Source: Myxococcota bacterium
GTDB lineage: Bacteria > Myxococcota_A > UBA9160 > JAFDDA01
Direction of reading: 5' to 3'
Assembly: GCA_965228475.1 (NCBI GenBank)
Contig: OZ245817.1
Location: 640,001 to 704,000, forward strand
Length of the DNA: 64,000 nt
Part shown: positions 29,800-39,063 of the stretch, piece by piece
Numbering within the stretch: position 1 is the first letter of the stretch
Layout of the letters: the number at the start of each line of letters is the position of its first letter
The notes under the pieces: generated by a model
The model's input: only the letters and a program-made list of their open reading frames with translations
Database searches by the model: none
Told to the model about the DNA's origin: nothing
Program-made: the position numbers and the translations under genes

Positions 29800-31683
29800 A
29801 TGAGCGAGCACGACTCCGAGAATGGACGCAGAGGTTTCGTCCGCGACGTGATGCGACGCATCACGCCGGCCAACCCGCGCGGAGAGGATTCTCCGGCGGA
29901 GGGCGGCGCGGAAGAAATCCAGGACGTGGAAGACGCGCGCTTCGCCGGCGCTGCGGGTTCGCGCCGCGACTACGCTCAAGAGGCCGATGACCTTCGGGAC
30001 GCCATGCGCTTCTTCGGCAGCGACTCCGCCGAATTCCGACGCCGCCTCGACCGCCTGATGGCCGAGTTCGAAGCGCTGCGACGCCGCTACGAGCTCGCGC
30101 GCGATCAGCACACGGACGCCGAGCGCCAGAACGAGAAGCTCGTCGCCACGCTGCAGGAAGCGAAGCAGCAGATCGAGCTGCTCAAGGAAGAGGTCGACAA
30201 GCTGTGCGCACCGCCGAACAGCTACGGCGTCTTCCAGCGCGCGAACAAGGACGGCACGGCCGAGATCGTCGTCGACGGCAAGGCCATGCGCGTCAACGTG
30301 CACCCGAACCTCGATCCGCACCAGATCCTGGAAGGCCAGCTCTGCGTGCTGAACGAAGCCTTCAACATCGTGGAGCCCGCGGGCTATACCCAGCGCGGCG
30401 AGATCTCGACGATCTCGGAGCTCCTGGGCGACGGCCGCGCCGTCGTGCTCGGCCACACCGACGACGAGCGCGTCGTCACCCTGGCCGACCCGCTGCGCCA
30501 CGAGAAGCTGAAGGTCGGCGACAACCTGCTCGTCGATCCGCGCACCCAGTACGCCTTCGAGAAGATGCCGAAGTCGGCCGTCGAAGAGGTGGTGCTGGAA
30601 GAAGTGCCGGACGTGACCTACGAGCGCATCGGTGGGCTCGAGGAGCAGATCGAGGTCCTGCGCGACTCCGTCGAGCTGCCCTACACGCACCCCGAGGTGT
30701 TCGCCGAGCACCAGCTCTCGCCGCCGAAGGGCATCCTGCTCTACGGGCCTCCCGGCTGCGGCAAGACGCTGATCGCCAAGGCGGTCGCCAACAGCCTCGC
30801 CAAGAGCATCGAGGCCCGCACGGGCCGTGCCACGCCGGCGTACTTCTTGAACGTGAAGGGGCCCGAGCTCCTGAACAAGTACGTGGGTGAGACCGAGCAC
30901 AAGATCCGCGAGGTCTTCAAGAAGGCGCGGGAGAAGGCGAGCGAAGAGGTCCCGGTGGTGATCTTCTTCGACGAGATGGACTCGCTGTTCCGCATGCGCG
31001 GCTCGGGCGTCTCCTCGGACATGGAGGCCACGGTGGTGGCGCAGTTCCTGTCCGAGATCGACGGCGTCGAGTCCCTGAAGAACGTGATCGTGATCGGTGC
31101 CTCGAACCGTCAGGACCTGATCGACCCGGCCGTGCTGCGGCCTGGCCGGCTCGACCTGAAGGTCAAGGTGCAGCGGCCCGACGCCGAGGCGGCGCGCTCG
31201 ATCTTCCAGAAGTACCTCACGGCGGACCTGCCCTTCCACGCGGAAGCGCAGGAACAGTACGGGAGCGACGCCCAGAAGATCGTCGATGGCGTGATCAACG
31301 AGACCGTCGATCGCATGTACAGCACCGAGGAGGAGAACAAGTTCCTCGAGGTGACGTACGCCAAGGGCGAGCGCGAGATCTTCTACTTCAAGGACTTCTC
31401 GAGCGGCGCGATGATCGAGAACATCGTGGCCCGCGCGAAGAAGATGGCCGTGAAGCGGATGATCGATCACGAGGAACGCGGCATCAAAGCCGAGGACCTG
31501 ATCGAGGCCGTCAACGCGGAGTTCAAGGAGAACGAAGATCTCCCGAACACCACGAACCCGGACGACTGGGCCCGCATCTCGGGCAAGAAGGGCGAGCGCA
31601 TCATCAACGTCCGCACGATGATGACCGGCATCAGCCGCAAGGAGCGCTCGATCGAGAACGTGAGTTCGGGTCAGTATCTCTAG
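29800..31683 (+). CDS. arc: Proteasome-associated AAA ATPase (ARC/Mpa)
   Basis: Coiled coil then PPNSYG, LEEVPDVTY..IGGL, Walker A GPPGCGKT, NVKGPELLNKYVGETE, ENEDLPNTTNPDDWARISGKKGERI, C-terminal GQYL. Confidence 0.96.
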   Translation: MSEHDSENGRRGFVRDVMRRITPANPRGEDSPAEGGAEEIQDVEDARFAGAAGSRRDYAQEADDLRDAMRFFGSDSAEFRRRLDRLMAEFEALRRRYELARDQHTDAERQNEKLVATLQEAKQQIELLKEEVDKLCAPPNSYGVFQRANKDGTAEIVVDGKAMRVNVHPNLDPHQILEGQLCVLNEAFNIVEPAGYTQRGEISTISELLGDGRAVVLGHTDDERVVTLADPLRHEKLKVGDNLLVDPRTQYAFEKMPKSAVEEVVLEEVPDVTYERIGGLEEQIEVLRDSVELPYTHPEVFAEHQLSPPKGILLYGPPGCGKTLIAKAVANSLAKSIEARTGRATPAYFLNVKGPELLNKYVGETEHKIREVFKKAREKASEEVPVVIFFDEMDSLFRMRGSGVSSDMEATVVAQFLSEIDGVESLKNVIVIGASNRQDLIDPAVLRPGRLDLKVKVQRPDAEAARSIFQKYLTADLPFHAEAQEQYGSDAQKIVDGVINETVDRMYSTEEENKFLEVTYAKGEREIFYFKDFSSGAMIENIVARAKKMAVKRMIDHEERGIKAEDLIEAVNAEFKENEDLPNTTNPDDWARISGKKGERIINVRTMMTGISRKERSIENVSSGQYL

Positions 31684-31697
31684 CACGGCGTTTCGAA

Positions 31698-31736
31698 CGC
31701 ACCGGAAGACCGTGATGCACACGATCTTCCGGTGCG
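31698..31736 (+). other. Intergenic stem-loop between arc and dop
   Basis: CGCACCGGAAGA / TCTTCCGGTGCG, 12-bp perfect stem, no U-tract. Confidence 0.6.
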
Positions 31737-31837
31737 GCGCCGGCCGCCTCGGATGCGGCCTTGGGAAAAGGCACTATCCTCAAGGTCCGCGTTTCTCGAC
31801 GGTTTTCGGGCGACTGGCGCGGACGCACGGGGGTTGA

Positions 31838-33325
31838 ATGGCCATTCCGAAGGTCATGGGTACGGAGATCGAGTTCGGCATCACGGTCCAGAACGACCGC
31901 GATTTCGACCCCATCTCGAGCTGCGTCCTACTCGTCAACGCCTACCGCGAAGAGCACGACGCGAAGATCCTCTGGGACTACGACCAGGAGAACCCGCTCG
32001 CGGACGCGCGCGGCTTCCAGGTCGAGGGCGAGAAGTACACGCCCAACCAGCAGGAGAACATCGCGCGCAACAAGACCCTGGTGAACGGGGCGCGCTACTA
32101 CGTCGACCACGCCCACCCCGAGTACTCCTGCCCGGAGGTGACGAACCCGCGCGACCTCGTCGTGCACGAGAAGGCCGGCGACATCGTCGTCGAGCGCAGC
32201 CGCAAGGAAGCGAACGCCCTGCTGCCCGAGGGCACGCAGATGCTGCTCCACAAGAACAACAGCGACGGCAAGGGCAACAGCTACGGCTCGCACGAGAACT
32301 ACCTGATGGACCGTCGCACGTCCTTCAAGCAGATCGTCGAGCACCTGATGCCGTTCTTCGTGACGCGCCAGGTCTACACGGGAGCCGGCAAGGTCGGCAG
32401 CGAGAACCGCGCCCACCCCTGCGACTACCAGCTCGCCCAGCGCTCGGACTTCTTCGAGACCGAGGTGGCCCTCGACACGATGGTCAAGCGACCCATCATC
32501 AACACGCGCGACGAGCCCCACGCGGACCGCGAGAAGTACCGCCGCCTGCACGTGATCGTGGGCGACGCGAACATGCTCGAACCGACGATCTTCCTGCGCC
32601 AGGGCGCGACGGCGCTCGTGCTCTCGATGATCGAGGACGGCAAGGTGAAGCCCTCCTTCGCGCTGCGGGATCCGGTGCGCGCGATCAAGGACGTCTCCCA
32701 CGACGTGGACCTCGGCCACGAGGTCCAGCTCGAGAACGGCAAGAAGTTCACGGCCATCCAGCTCCAGCGCGAATACTGCGACCTCGCGACGAGCTACGTC
32801 GCCCAGGCGAGCGACCTGCACCCGAGCTACAAGGACGTCGTCGAGATGTGGCAGCGCGTGCTCGAGACCCTCGAGCGCGACCCGATGGAGCTGGCCGACG
32901 AGATCGATTGGGTGGCGAAGAAGGCCCTCATCGAGAACTTCATGGAGCGCAAGGGCCTCGACTGGAGCTCGCCGCGCGTGCGGCTCCTCGACCTGCAGTT
33001 CCACGACCTGCGCCGGGAGAAGGGCCTCTACTACCTCCTCGAGCGTCAGGGCCGCGTCAAGCGCATCACCACGGACGAGGAGATCGAGGCCGCCGTCACC
33101 GAGCCGCCCGAGGACACGCGCGCCTACTTCCGGGGCCAGTGCCTGAAGCGCTACTCGGGCGAGGTGTTCGGCGTGAACTGGGACTCGCTTTCCTTCGGGA
33201 TCGGCGACGAGCCCATCAAGCGCATCCTGATGGCGGAACCGCTGAAGGGAACCAAGGCTCACGTCGATGAGCTGTTGAACCAGTCGAAGGACGCGGCCTC
33301 GCTGGTGAAGGCACTGCGCGCCTAG
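31838..33325 (+). CDS. dop: Pup deamidase/depupylase Dop
   Basis: GTEIEFG, Dop-loop WDYDQENPLADARGF, NGARYYVDHAHPEYS, KNNSDGKGNSYGSHENY, NTRDEPHAD, RRLHVIVGD, PPEDTRAYFRG. Confidence 0.93.
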   Translation: MAIPKVMGTEIEFGITVQNDRDFDPISSCVLLVNAYREEHDAKILWDYDQENPLADARGFQVEGEKYTPNQQENIARNKTLVNGARYYVDHAHPEYSCPEVTNPRDLVVHEKAGDIVVERSRKEANALLPEGTQMLLHKNNSDGKGNSYGSHENYLMDRRTSFKQIVEHLMPFFVTRQVYTGAGKVGSENRAHPCDYQLAQRSDFFETEVALDTMVKRPIINTRDEPHADREKYRRLHVIVGDANMLEPTIFLRQGATALVLSMIEDGKVKPSFALRDPVRAIKDVSHDVDLGHEVQLENGKKFTAIQLQREYCDLATSYVAQASDLHPSYKDVVEMWQRVLETLERDPMELADEIDWVAKKALIENFMERKGLDWSSPRVRLLDLQFHDLRREKGLYYLLERQGRVKRITTDEEIEAAVTEPPEDTRAYFRGQCLKRYSGEVFGVNWDSLSFGIGDEPIKRILMAEPLKGTKAHVDELLNQSKDAASLVKALRA

Positions 33326-33382
33326 CGGCAGGACGACGCGAGCGAACGGATTTCGAGCCCCGGCTCGGGAAGAGAGAGAACG

Positions 33383-33583
33383 ATGGCACAAGAGCAAAAG
33401 CACAAGGGTGGCGGTGGTTCCGGCGACGATTCGTCGGGCAAGGACTCCGGCGGTCAGAAACTCGCCAAGAAGGGCGAGGAGCTGAAGGAAGAGATGGACG
33501 CGCTCGTCGACGAGATCGACGAGGTCCTGGAAGAAAACGCCGAGGAGTTCGTGAAGAACTACGTCCAGCGCGGCGGCGAATAG
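33383..33583 (+). CDS. pup: Prokaryotic ubiquitin-like protein Pup
   Basis: 66 aa; MAQEQK start, disordered Gly/Ser N-terminus, DEIDEVLEENAEEFVKNYVQRGGE C-terminus. Confidence 0.95.
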   Translation: MAQEQKHKGGGGSGDDSSGKDSGGQKLAKKGEELKEEMDALVDEIDEVLEENAEEFVKNYVQRGGE

Positions 33584-33654
33584 ACAGCCAAGACGGGGTT
33601 GGCCGGTCTTGGCCGGCGCCATTCAGGTCTTGTAGAACGGATTCGGGGGGGATC

Positions 33655-34452
33655 GTGTTCTTTCGCAACGGCTACTCTGGTTTCCGGAGCGGCTACCAAG
33701 GTTCCAGTTTCTTCGATCTGGTCAACAGTGAAGCGCCGGCCCTCGCGCCGGACTTCGCGACGCTCGCGCGCGGGCTCCAGCTCGAGGACGTGCCCCACGG
33801 CACCACCGTCTGCTCCTTCAAGTTCGAAGGCGGCGTCGTCATGGCCGGCGACCGGCTCGCCACGGCCGGCATGCGCGTCGCTTCCCGCGAGGTGCAGAAG
33901 GTCTTCCCGACCGACACGCATTCGATGATCGCCATCGCCGGCGCCGCGGGCCCGGCCATCGAAATGGCGCGCCTGCTCTCGATCGAGCTCGAGCACTACG
34001 AGAAGATCGAAGGCGAGCGCCTGGAGCTCGACGGCAAGGCCAACAAGCTCTCCCAGATGATCCGCCAGAACCTGCCGGCCGCGATGCAGGGCCTCGCGGT
34101 CGTGCCGCTGTTCGCGGGCTACGACCTGCGGCGCCGCGTCGGGCGCCTGTGGAACTTCGACATCACGGGCGGCCGCTACGAAGAGGGTGAGTTCGAGTCC
34201 TCGGGCTCGGGCGGCCTCTACGCCGCGGAGTACATCAAGAAGGAGTGGCGCCAGGGCATGGACGCGCCCGCGGCCCTCGACCTCGCCGTTGCCGCGATCA
34301 GCGCGGCCGCCGACGAGGACCGGGCCACCGGCGGCGTCGATCTCGGCCGCGGGATCTTCCCGATCGTGAACGTCTGCACCGAAGCCGGCATCGTGCGCGC
34401 GACCGACGAAGAGGTCCGCGCCAGCTACGACCGCGTTCGAGGAGCCAACTAG
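33655..34452 (+). CDS. prcB: 20S proteasome beta subunit
   Basis: Propeptide then PHG/TT catalytic Thr, AGDR, ELEHYEKIEG, GKANKL, GSG, D.ATGG. Confidence 0.95.
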   Translation: MFFRNGYSGFRSGYQGSSFFDLVNSEAPALAPDFATLARGLQLEDVPHGTTVCSFKFEGGVVMAGDRLATAGMRVASREVQKVFPTDTHSMIAIAGAAGPAIEMARLLSIELEHYEKIEGERLELDGKANKLSQMIRQNLPAAMQGLAVVPLFAGYDLRRRVGRLWNFDITGGRYEEGEFESSGSGGLYAAEYIKKEWRQGMDAPAALDLAVAAISAAADEDRATGGVDLGRGIFPIVNVCTEAGIVRATDEEVRASYDRVRGAN

Positions 34453-34454
34453 CG

Positions 34455-35153
34455 ATGTCGATGCCCTTCTACGTTTCGCCCGAACAGCTCATGCAGGACA
34501 AGGCCGAGTACGCCCGCAAGGGCATCTCGCGCGGCAAGTCCATCGTGACGCTCGAGTACGAAGGCGGGATCCTTCTGGTGGCCGAGAACCCCTCGACGAG
34601 CCTCTCGAAGATCGGCGAGATCTACGACCGCGTGGCCTTCGCCGGCGTCGGCAAGTTCAGCGAGTTCGATCAGCTCCGGAAGGTCGGCGTGCGCTACGCG
34701 GACACCCGCGGCTACGCCTACAGCCGGGACGACGTGCGCGGCAAGGCCCTGGCGAACGCCTACTCCCAGGTGATCGGCGAGACCTTCACGCGCGAGATGA
34801 AGCCCCTCGAGGTGGAGATCGTGGTCGCCGAGTGCGGAGACCCGCGCTTCGCCGGCCACGAGGAGGACGCCCTCTACCGCGTGCGCTTCGACGGCAGCAT
34901 CACGGACGAGCAGAACTTCTGCGTGATCGGCGGCAACGCCGAGCCGCTCGAGAGCCACCTGCAGTCCCGGTACGAGAAGGGCGCCTCGCTCGCCGACGCC
35001 CTGCGGCTCGGCCGCGACGCCCTCGGCCGCGCCGAGAACGGCGATCCGGACCTCGGCGCACCGAACCTCGAGGTCTGCGTGCTCGAGCGCCAGCGCGAGG
35101 GCCGCAAGTTCCGGCGCCTCGAGAGCAGCGAGATCTCCACGCTCCTCGGCTAG
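34455..35153 (+). CDS. prcA: 20S proteasome alpha subunit
   Basis: MSMPFYVSPEQLMQDKAEYARKGISRGKS, KIGEIYDRVAFAGVGK, KPLEVEI, LEVCVLER. Confidence 0.95.
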   Translation: MSMPFYVSPEQLMQDKAEYARKGISRGKSIVTLEYEGGILLVAENPSTSLSKIGEIYDRVAFAGVGKFSEFDQLRKVGVRYADTRGYAYSRDDVRGKALANAYSQVIGETFTREMKPLEVEIVVAECGDPRFAGHEEDALYRVRFDGSITDEQNFCVIGGNAEPLESHLQSRYEKGASLADALRLGRDALGRAENGDPDLGAPNLEVCVLERQREGRKFRRLESSEISTLLG

Positions 35154-35187
35154 GGAGGGAAGCCCGGGCCCCCGCGGGGCGCTCGGC

Positions 35188-35215
35188 AAAAGGTCTGCGC
35201 CCGGGCTGCCGATAC
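35188..35215 (+). promoter_or_regulatory. Sigma28-like promoter upstream of pafA
   Basis: AAAAG, 15 nt, GCCGATAC; same architecture recurs at seven other genes in the window. Confidence 0.55.
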
Positions 35216-35257
35216 CGGAAGGGCTATGGTGCCCTTCCAGGGCCGGGTGGGAGTCTC

Positions 35258-36664
35258 GTGCAGAAGCGCATCTTCGGGGTCGAGACGGAATACGGGATCA
35301 TCTTCACGCCGGAAGGGCGGAAGACGCTGCCCGTCGAAAAGGCGATCCGCTTCCTCTTCGAGAAGCTGATCACCACCGAGCATTTCCTCAACGTCTTCCT
35401 CGAGAACGGCGCCCGCTTCTACCAGGACACGGGCTGCCACCCCGAGTACGCGACGCCCGAGTGCGCCTCGCCGCGCCAGCTCATCGTCTACGACAAGGCC
35501 GGCGAGCGGATCCTCGAAGATCTCCAGGACTACGCCGAGGAGAAGATCCGCGAAGAGCGCATCGCGGGCCGCCTCAGCATCTTCAAGAACAACACCGACT
35601 TCGTCGGGAACAGCTACGGCTGCCACGAGAACTACCTCGTCGATCGCGACGTGGACTTCTACTACCTGGCCGAGCAGCTGATCCCGTTCCTCGTGACGCG
35701 CCAGATCTACAGCGGCGCCGGCAAGGTCTTCCAGACCCAGGACGGCATCCACTACTGCATCAGCCAGCGCGCGCAGCACATCTACCAGAAGATCTCGGGC
35801 ACCACGACGAACGACCGCTCGATCATCAACACGCGCGACGAGCCCCACGCGGACCGCGAGAAGTACCGCCGGCTGCACGTGATCGTGGGCGACTCGAACA
35901 TGAGCGAGTACACGAACTTCCTGAAGGTCGCGGCCTGCACCGTCGTGCTCCAGATGATCGAGGACAACTACATCCAGAACGACTTCACCCTGCGCAACCC
36001 GGTGAAGGCGATCAAGGACATCTCCTACGACACGACGTGCAAGCGCAAGCTCCGCCTCGACAACGGGCGCGAGTACTCGCCGATCGAGATCCAGCGTGAG
36101 TACTGCGAGCTCGCGCAGAAGTACATCGAGCACTACCCGGTCTCCGACGAGCTGAAGGAAGGCGTGCGCATGTGGCAGCACGCCCTCGACGCCCTCGACA
36201 CCGACCCGAACCAGCTCGCCGACAAGATCGACTGGGTGATCAAGCGGCGCCTGATCGAGAGCTACCTCGACAAGCGCGGCACGAGCTGGAACGACCCGCG
36301 GGTCTTCATGCTCGACCTCCAGTACCACGACATCCGGCTGAACCGCGGGCTCTACTACCTGCTCGAGCGCCAGGGTGCCGTCGAGCGCGTGCTCACCGAC
36401 GAAGAGGTGATCAAGGCGAAGACCGAGCCGCCCCCGGACACGCGGGCGAAGATGCGCGGCGAGTTCATCAAGCTGGCCCGGCAGAACGCCATCCAGTACG
36501 ACCTCGACTGGTCGAACATCCGCCTCGGCAACCTCCTGAACGTCCGGGTGATCTGCAACAACCCCTTCGAGACGGACACCGAGAAGGTCGCGGAGCTCGT
36601 GCGGACGATCCAGAAGACGAATCTCCGCAAGACCTCCCTCTCCAAGCTCGTCATTCAGAGTTAG
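35258..36664 (+). CDS. pafA: Pup-protein ligase PafA
   Basis: KRIFGVETEYG, NVFLENGARFYQDTGCHPEYATPEC, GNSYGCHENY, NTRDEPHAD, GDSNMSE, LDLQYHDI, PPPDTRAKMRG; no Dop-loop. Confidence 0.94.
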   Translation: MQKRIFGVETEYGIIFTPEGRKTLPVEKAIRFLFEKLITTEHFLNVFLENGARFYQDTGCHPEYATPECASPRQLIVYDKAGERILEDLQDYAEEKIREERIAGRLSIFKNNTDFVGNSYGCHENYLVDRDVDFYYLAEQLIPFLVTRQIYSGAGKVFQTQDGIHYCISQRAQHIYQKISGTTTNDRSIINTRDEPHADREKYRRLHVIVGDSNMSEYTNFLKVAACTVVLQMIEDNYIQNDFTLRNPVKAIKDISYDTTCKRKLRLDNGREYSPIEIQREYCELAQKYIEHYPVSDELKEGVRMWQHALDALDTDPNQLADKIDWVIKRRLIESYLDKRGTSWNDPRVFMLDLQYHDIRLNRGLYYLLERQGAVERVLTDEEVIKAKTEPPPDTRAKMRGEFIKLARQNAIQYDLDWSNIRLGNLLNVRVICNNPFETDTEKVAELVRTIQKTNLRKTSLSKLVIQS

Positions 36665-36708
36665 CTCGGACCTCTCCGGCAGGGACTCCTCGGCGCTATG
36701 GTCCGCCC

Positions 36709-38994
36709 GTGGTGGCGGAGGAGCGATCGGAGCCAGCCAGGGACCCCACGGTAGGTCGGTGGGCCGTGGCCGCCTTCGTCTTCCTCACGGCCCTGATCGT
36801 CCGCGCCGTGCGGCATCCGCTGGTGTTCACGCCGTCCGGTGTGGACTTCCCGTTTCTGGGAGATCTCTACTACCACGTCCGCCGGATCTGGTTCACGGCA
36901 GCGAACTTCCCCGAGATCCTCTCTCACGATCCCTACGTGAGCTTCCCGGACGGGGCTCAGATCGTCTGGCCCGGCGCCTTCGATGGGTTGATCGGGGCGT
37001 TGGCCTGGCTTCTGGTCGGGGGCGAGAGTCAGGCACGAGTCGAGGAAGTTGCGGTGTGGGTGCCACCCGTCCTGGGAGCCGTCACCGCCGCGGCCGCTTC
37101 GTGGATCGCACAGCCCCGATACGGACGCCCGGCAGCGCTTCTCGCCGGAGGAATCTTCGCCTTTCTCCCGGCGAGCTTCGTCTTCTCGCAGCTTGGCCAG
37201 TTGGATCACCACGTCGGGGTGGCCTTGCTTGCCGCGGGCCTGCTCGGAGCCGGACTCGCCGTGATGGAAAAGCCCGGCCGGTCTACGGCGGTGGCCCTGG
37301 GTGTGATGATGGCCGGGATCATCGGGCTGTGGCCCGGTGCGTTGCTCCACGTCCTGGTCGTGGAGGTCGGGCTGGCGGTCTGGACATTCGGTGCCGCCGA
37401 CGGGCGCTCGGCTGCTTCGAGGGCGGGTGTCCTCTCGGCGGCTCACGCCCTGGCGGCGCTGCTCCTCGCCCCCTTCTGCATTGGCCGTGTTTGGGAGGCT
37501 TTCGGCGCGTGGACGCCGTGGGCGCTCTCGAACTTCCAGCCCGTTTGGTTGGGAGCGGTCGCGGCGGCGCTCGCTGTCGCCGGGGCGGCTTTCCGTCGCA
37601 CCTCGGCCGGTCGAAGCCCGGTGGCTCGCATGACCTTCGCTGCGGCGCTGGCGGTCGTTGCCTCGTCCGTCTCGCTCGTCCTGATCGCTCCCCTGCAGGA
37701 TTCCCTCTCCGAGGCTTCGGGTTGGTTCGGACAGACGGAGGAGTTCCAGAGCCACGTCGCGGAGCTTCGACCTCTGCTCTACCCGAAGGGCCGGTTCGAA
37801 CTCCGCTCGGTGGTCACGGACTTCGGCCTGGCGGGCCTCTTCTTTCCGTTGGCCTGGCTCGCGCTGTTCGTAACCGGTTGGCGACACCGCCGATCTTCCG
37901 ACGGGCTCCTCCTCTGGTTCGCTGCAAGTTTCATGATTCTCACCTTGAACCAGCGTCGCTTCGAGAACACGCTCGCCGTACCCTACGCCCTGGTGTGGGG
38001 AGCGGTGCTCGGCGACCTTGCGCCCCGCGCGTGGCGCTCCCTGGCGGGCCATCGGCTCGCGAGAGGGCTCGTGGCCGCAGGGATGGTGCTGGGGCTCCTG
38101 CTCTCGGCCGGGTCGGTGGTGAACTACTACGTGCCGTTCCTCGGCCAGGCGCAGATGGCATCGGCGAGCTTCCCGCCACCGAGGAGCCCCGTCCGAACGC
38201 AGCAGCGCCTCTTCGAGCGTGCCGGGCGCTTTCTGGCCGCGAACTCTCCACCGACGCGGGGCTATCTCGACCCGAGCGTTCGGCCGGAGTACGGAGTGCT
38301 CTGCAACTGGGGCGTTGGCCACCTGCTTCGCTATCGCGCCGAGCGGCCAATGGTTCAAGACAACTTCGGCGTCTACGGAGGGCGCCGCACATTCGACCTC
38401 GCGTGGGCGTACTTCGCTGCGGAGGAAGAGAGCGAGGCCGTCGCCATCGCCCGTTCTCTCCGGGCTCGCTACGTCGTCGCCGATCCTCTCGGCGCCGGGT
38501 CCCGGAAGCCCTACGCGCCCCGGAGCCTGGCTCGCCGGCTGGCCCAGTTCTACGGGAGCGAGCACGACCTTCCCGGAGGTCGCGGGCGTGTCCCGGCCCT
38601 CGCGCACCACCGGCTGTTGTTCCACACGAGCGGGGACGACCGCGCCGAACTCGTCACGCAGCGCCGCGACCTCGCCGTTGCCGTCTTCGAGATCGTGGCC
38701 GGCGCTCGCATCGACGGTCTTGCCCGGCCGGCTTCGAACGTCGAGGTGAGCCTCCCGATCCGAACCGGCGAGGGCCGCCGCCATCGCTACCGGGTCACGA
38801 CCGTGGCCGACGGAAAGGGGCGTTGGTCCGTGACGGTTCCGTATCCGACGGACGTCTCATGGAGTCCGGACCTCGCGGGCGGAGCGAGCTACCGCGCACG
38901 TTCCGCGGAGCGTGAGGCTGCGTTCGAGGTGCCCGAAGCCGCGGTTCGCGGCGGTGACACGGTTCCCGGTCCGAACCTGGGCGCCGGCGAATGA
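36709..38994 (+). CDS. STT3/AglB-like oligosaccharyltransferase family membrane protein
   Basis: DLYYHVRRI, DPYVSFPDG, DHH, VAELRPL, RRF, many TM helices, EYGVLCNWGVGH at the WWDYG position, C-terminal beta domain. Confidence 0.8.
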   Translation: MVAEERSEPARDPTVGRWAVAAFVFLTALIVRAVRHPLVFTPSGVDFPFLGDLYYHVRRIWFTAANFPEILSHDPYVSFPDGAQIVWPGAFDGLIGALAWLLVGGESQARVEEVAVWVPPVLGAVTAAAASWIAQPRYGRPAALLAGGIFAFLPASFVFSQLGQLDHHVGVALLAAGLLGAGLAVMEKPGRSTAVALGVMMAGIIGLWPGALLHVLVVEVGLAVWTFGAADGRSAASRAGVLSAAHALAALLLAPFCIGRVWEAFGAWTPWALSNFQPVWLGAVAAALAVAGAAFRRTSAGRSPVARMTFAAALAVVASSVSLVLIAPLQDSLSEASGWFGQTEEFQSHVAELRPLLYPKGRFELRSVVTDFGLAGLFFPLAWLALFVTGWRHRRSSDGLLLWFAASFMILTLNQRRFENTLAVPYALVWGAVLGDLAPRAWRSLAGHRLARGLVAAGMVLGLLLSAGSVVNYYVPFLGQAQMASASFPPPRSPVRTQQRLFERAGRFLAANSPPTRGYLDPSVRPEYGVLCNWGVGHLLRYRAERPMVQDNFGVYGGRRTFDLAWAYFAAEEESEAVAIARSLRARYVVADPLGAGSRKPYAPRSLARRLAQFYGSEHDLPGGRGRVPALAHHRLLFHTSGDDRAELVTQRRDLAVAVFEIVAGARIDGLARPASNVEVSLPIRTGEGRRHRYRVTTVADGKGRWSVTVPYPTDVSWSPDLAGGASYRARSAEREAAFEVPEAAVRGGDTVPGPNLGAGE

Positions 38995-39063
38995 CGGCTC
39001 GCTCTCCACTCATTCGGAGCTAGACTCTCTCTCCATCGTCGATCCCCTTTGCACGGAGTTCCC

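Noticed and set aside
28739..29803. 354-aa ORF ending at the arc start
   Set aside because: Low-complexity, atypical codons, overlaps lolA and a likely promoter; not called as a gene.
33383..33583. UBact instead of Pup
   Set aside because: The helical core and GGE terminus match Pup, and the partner genes are actinobacterial-type.
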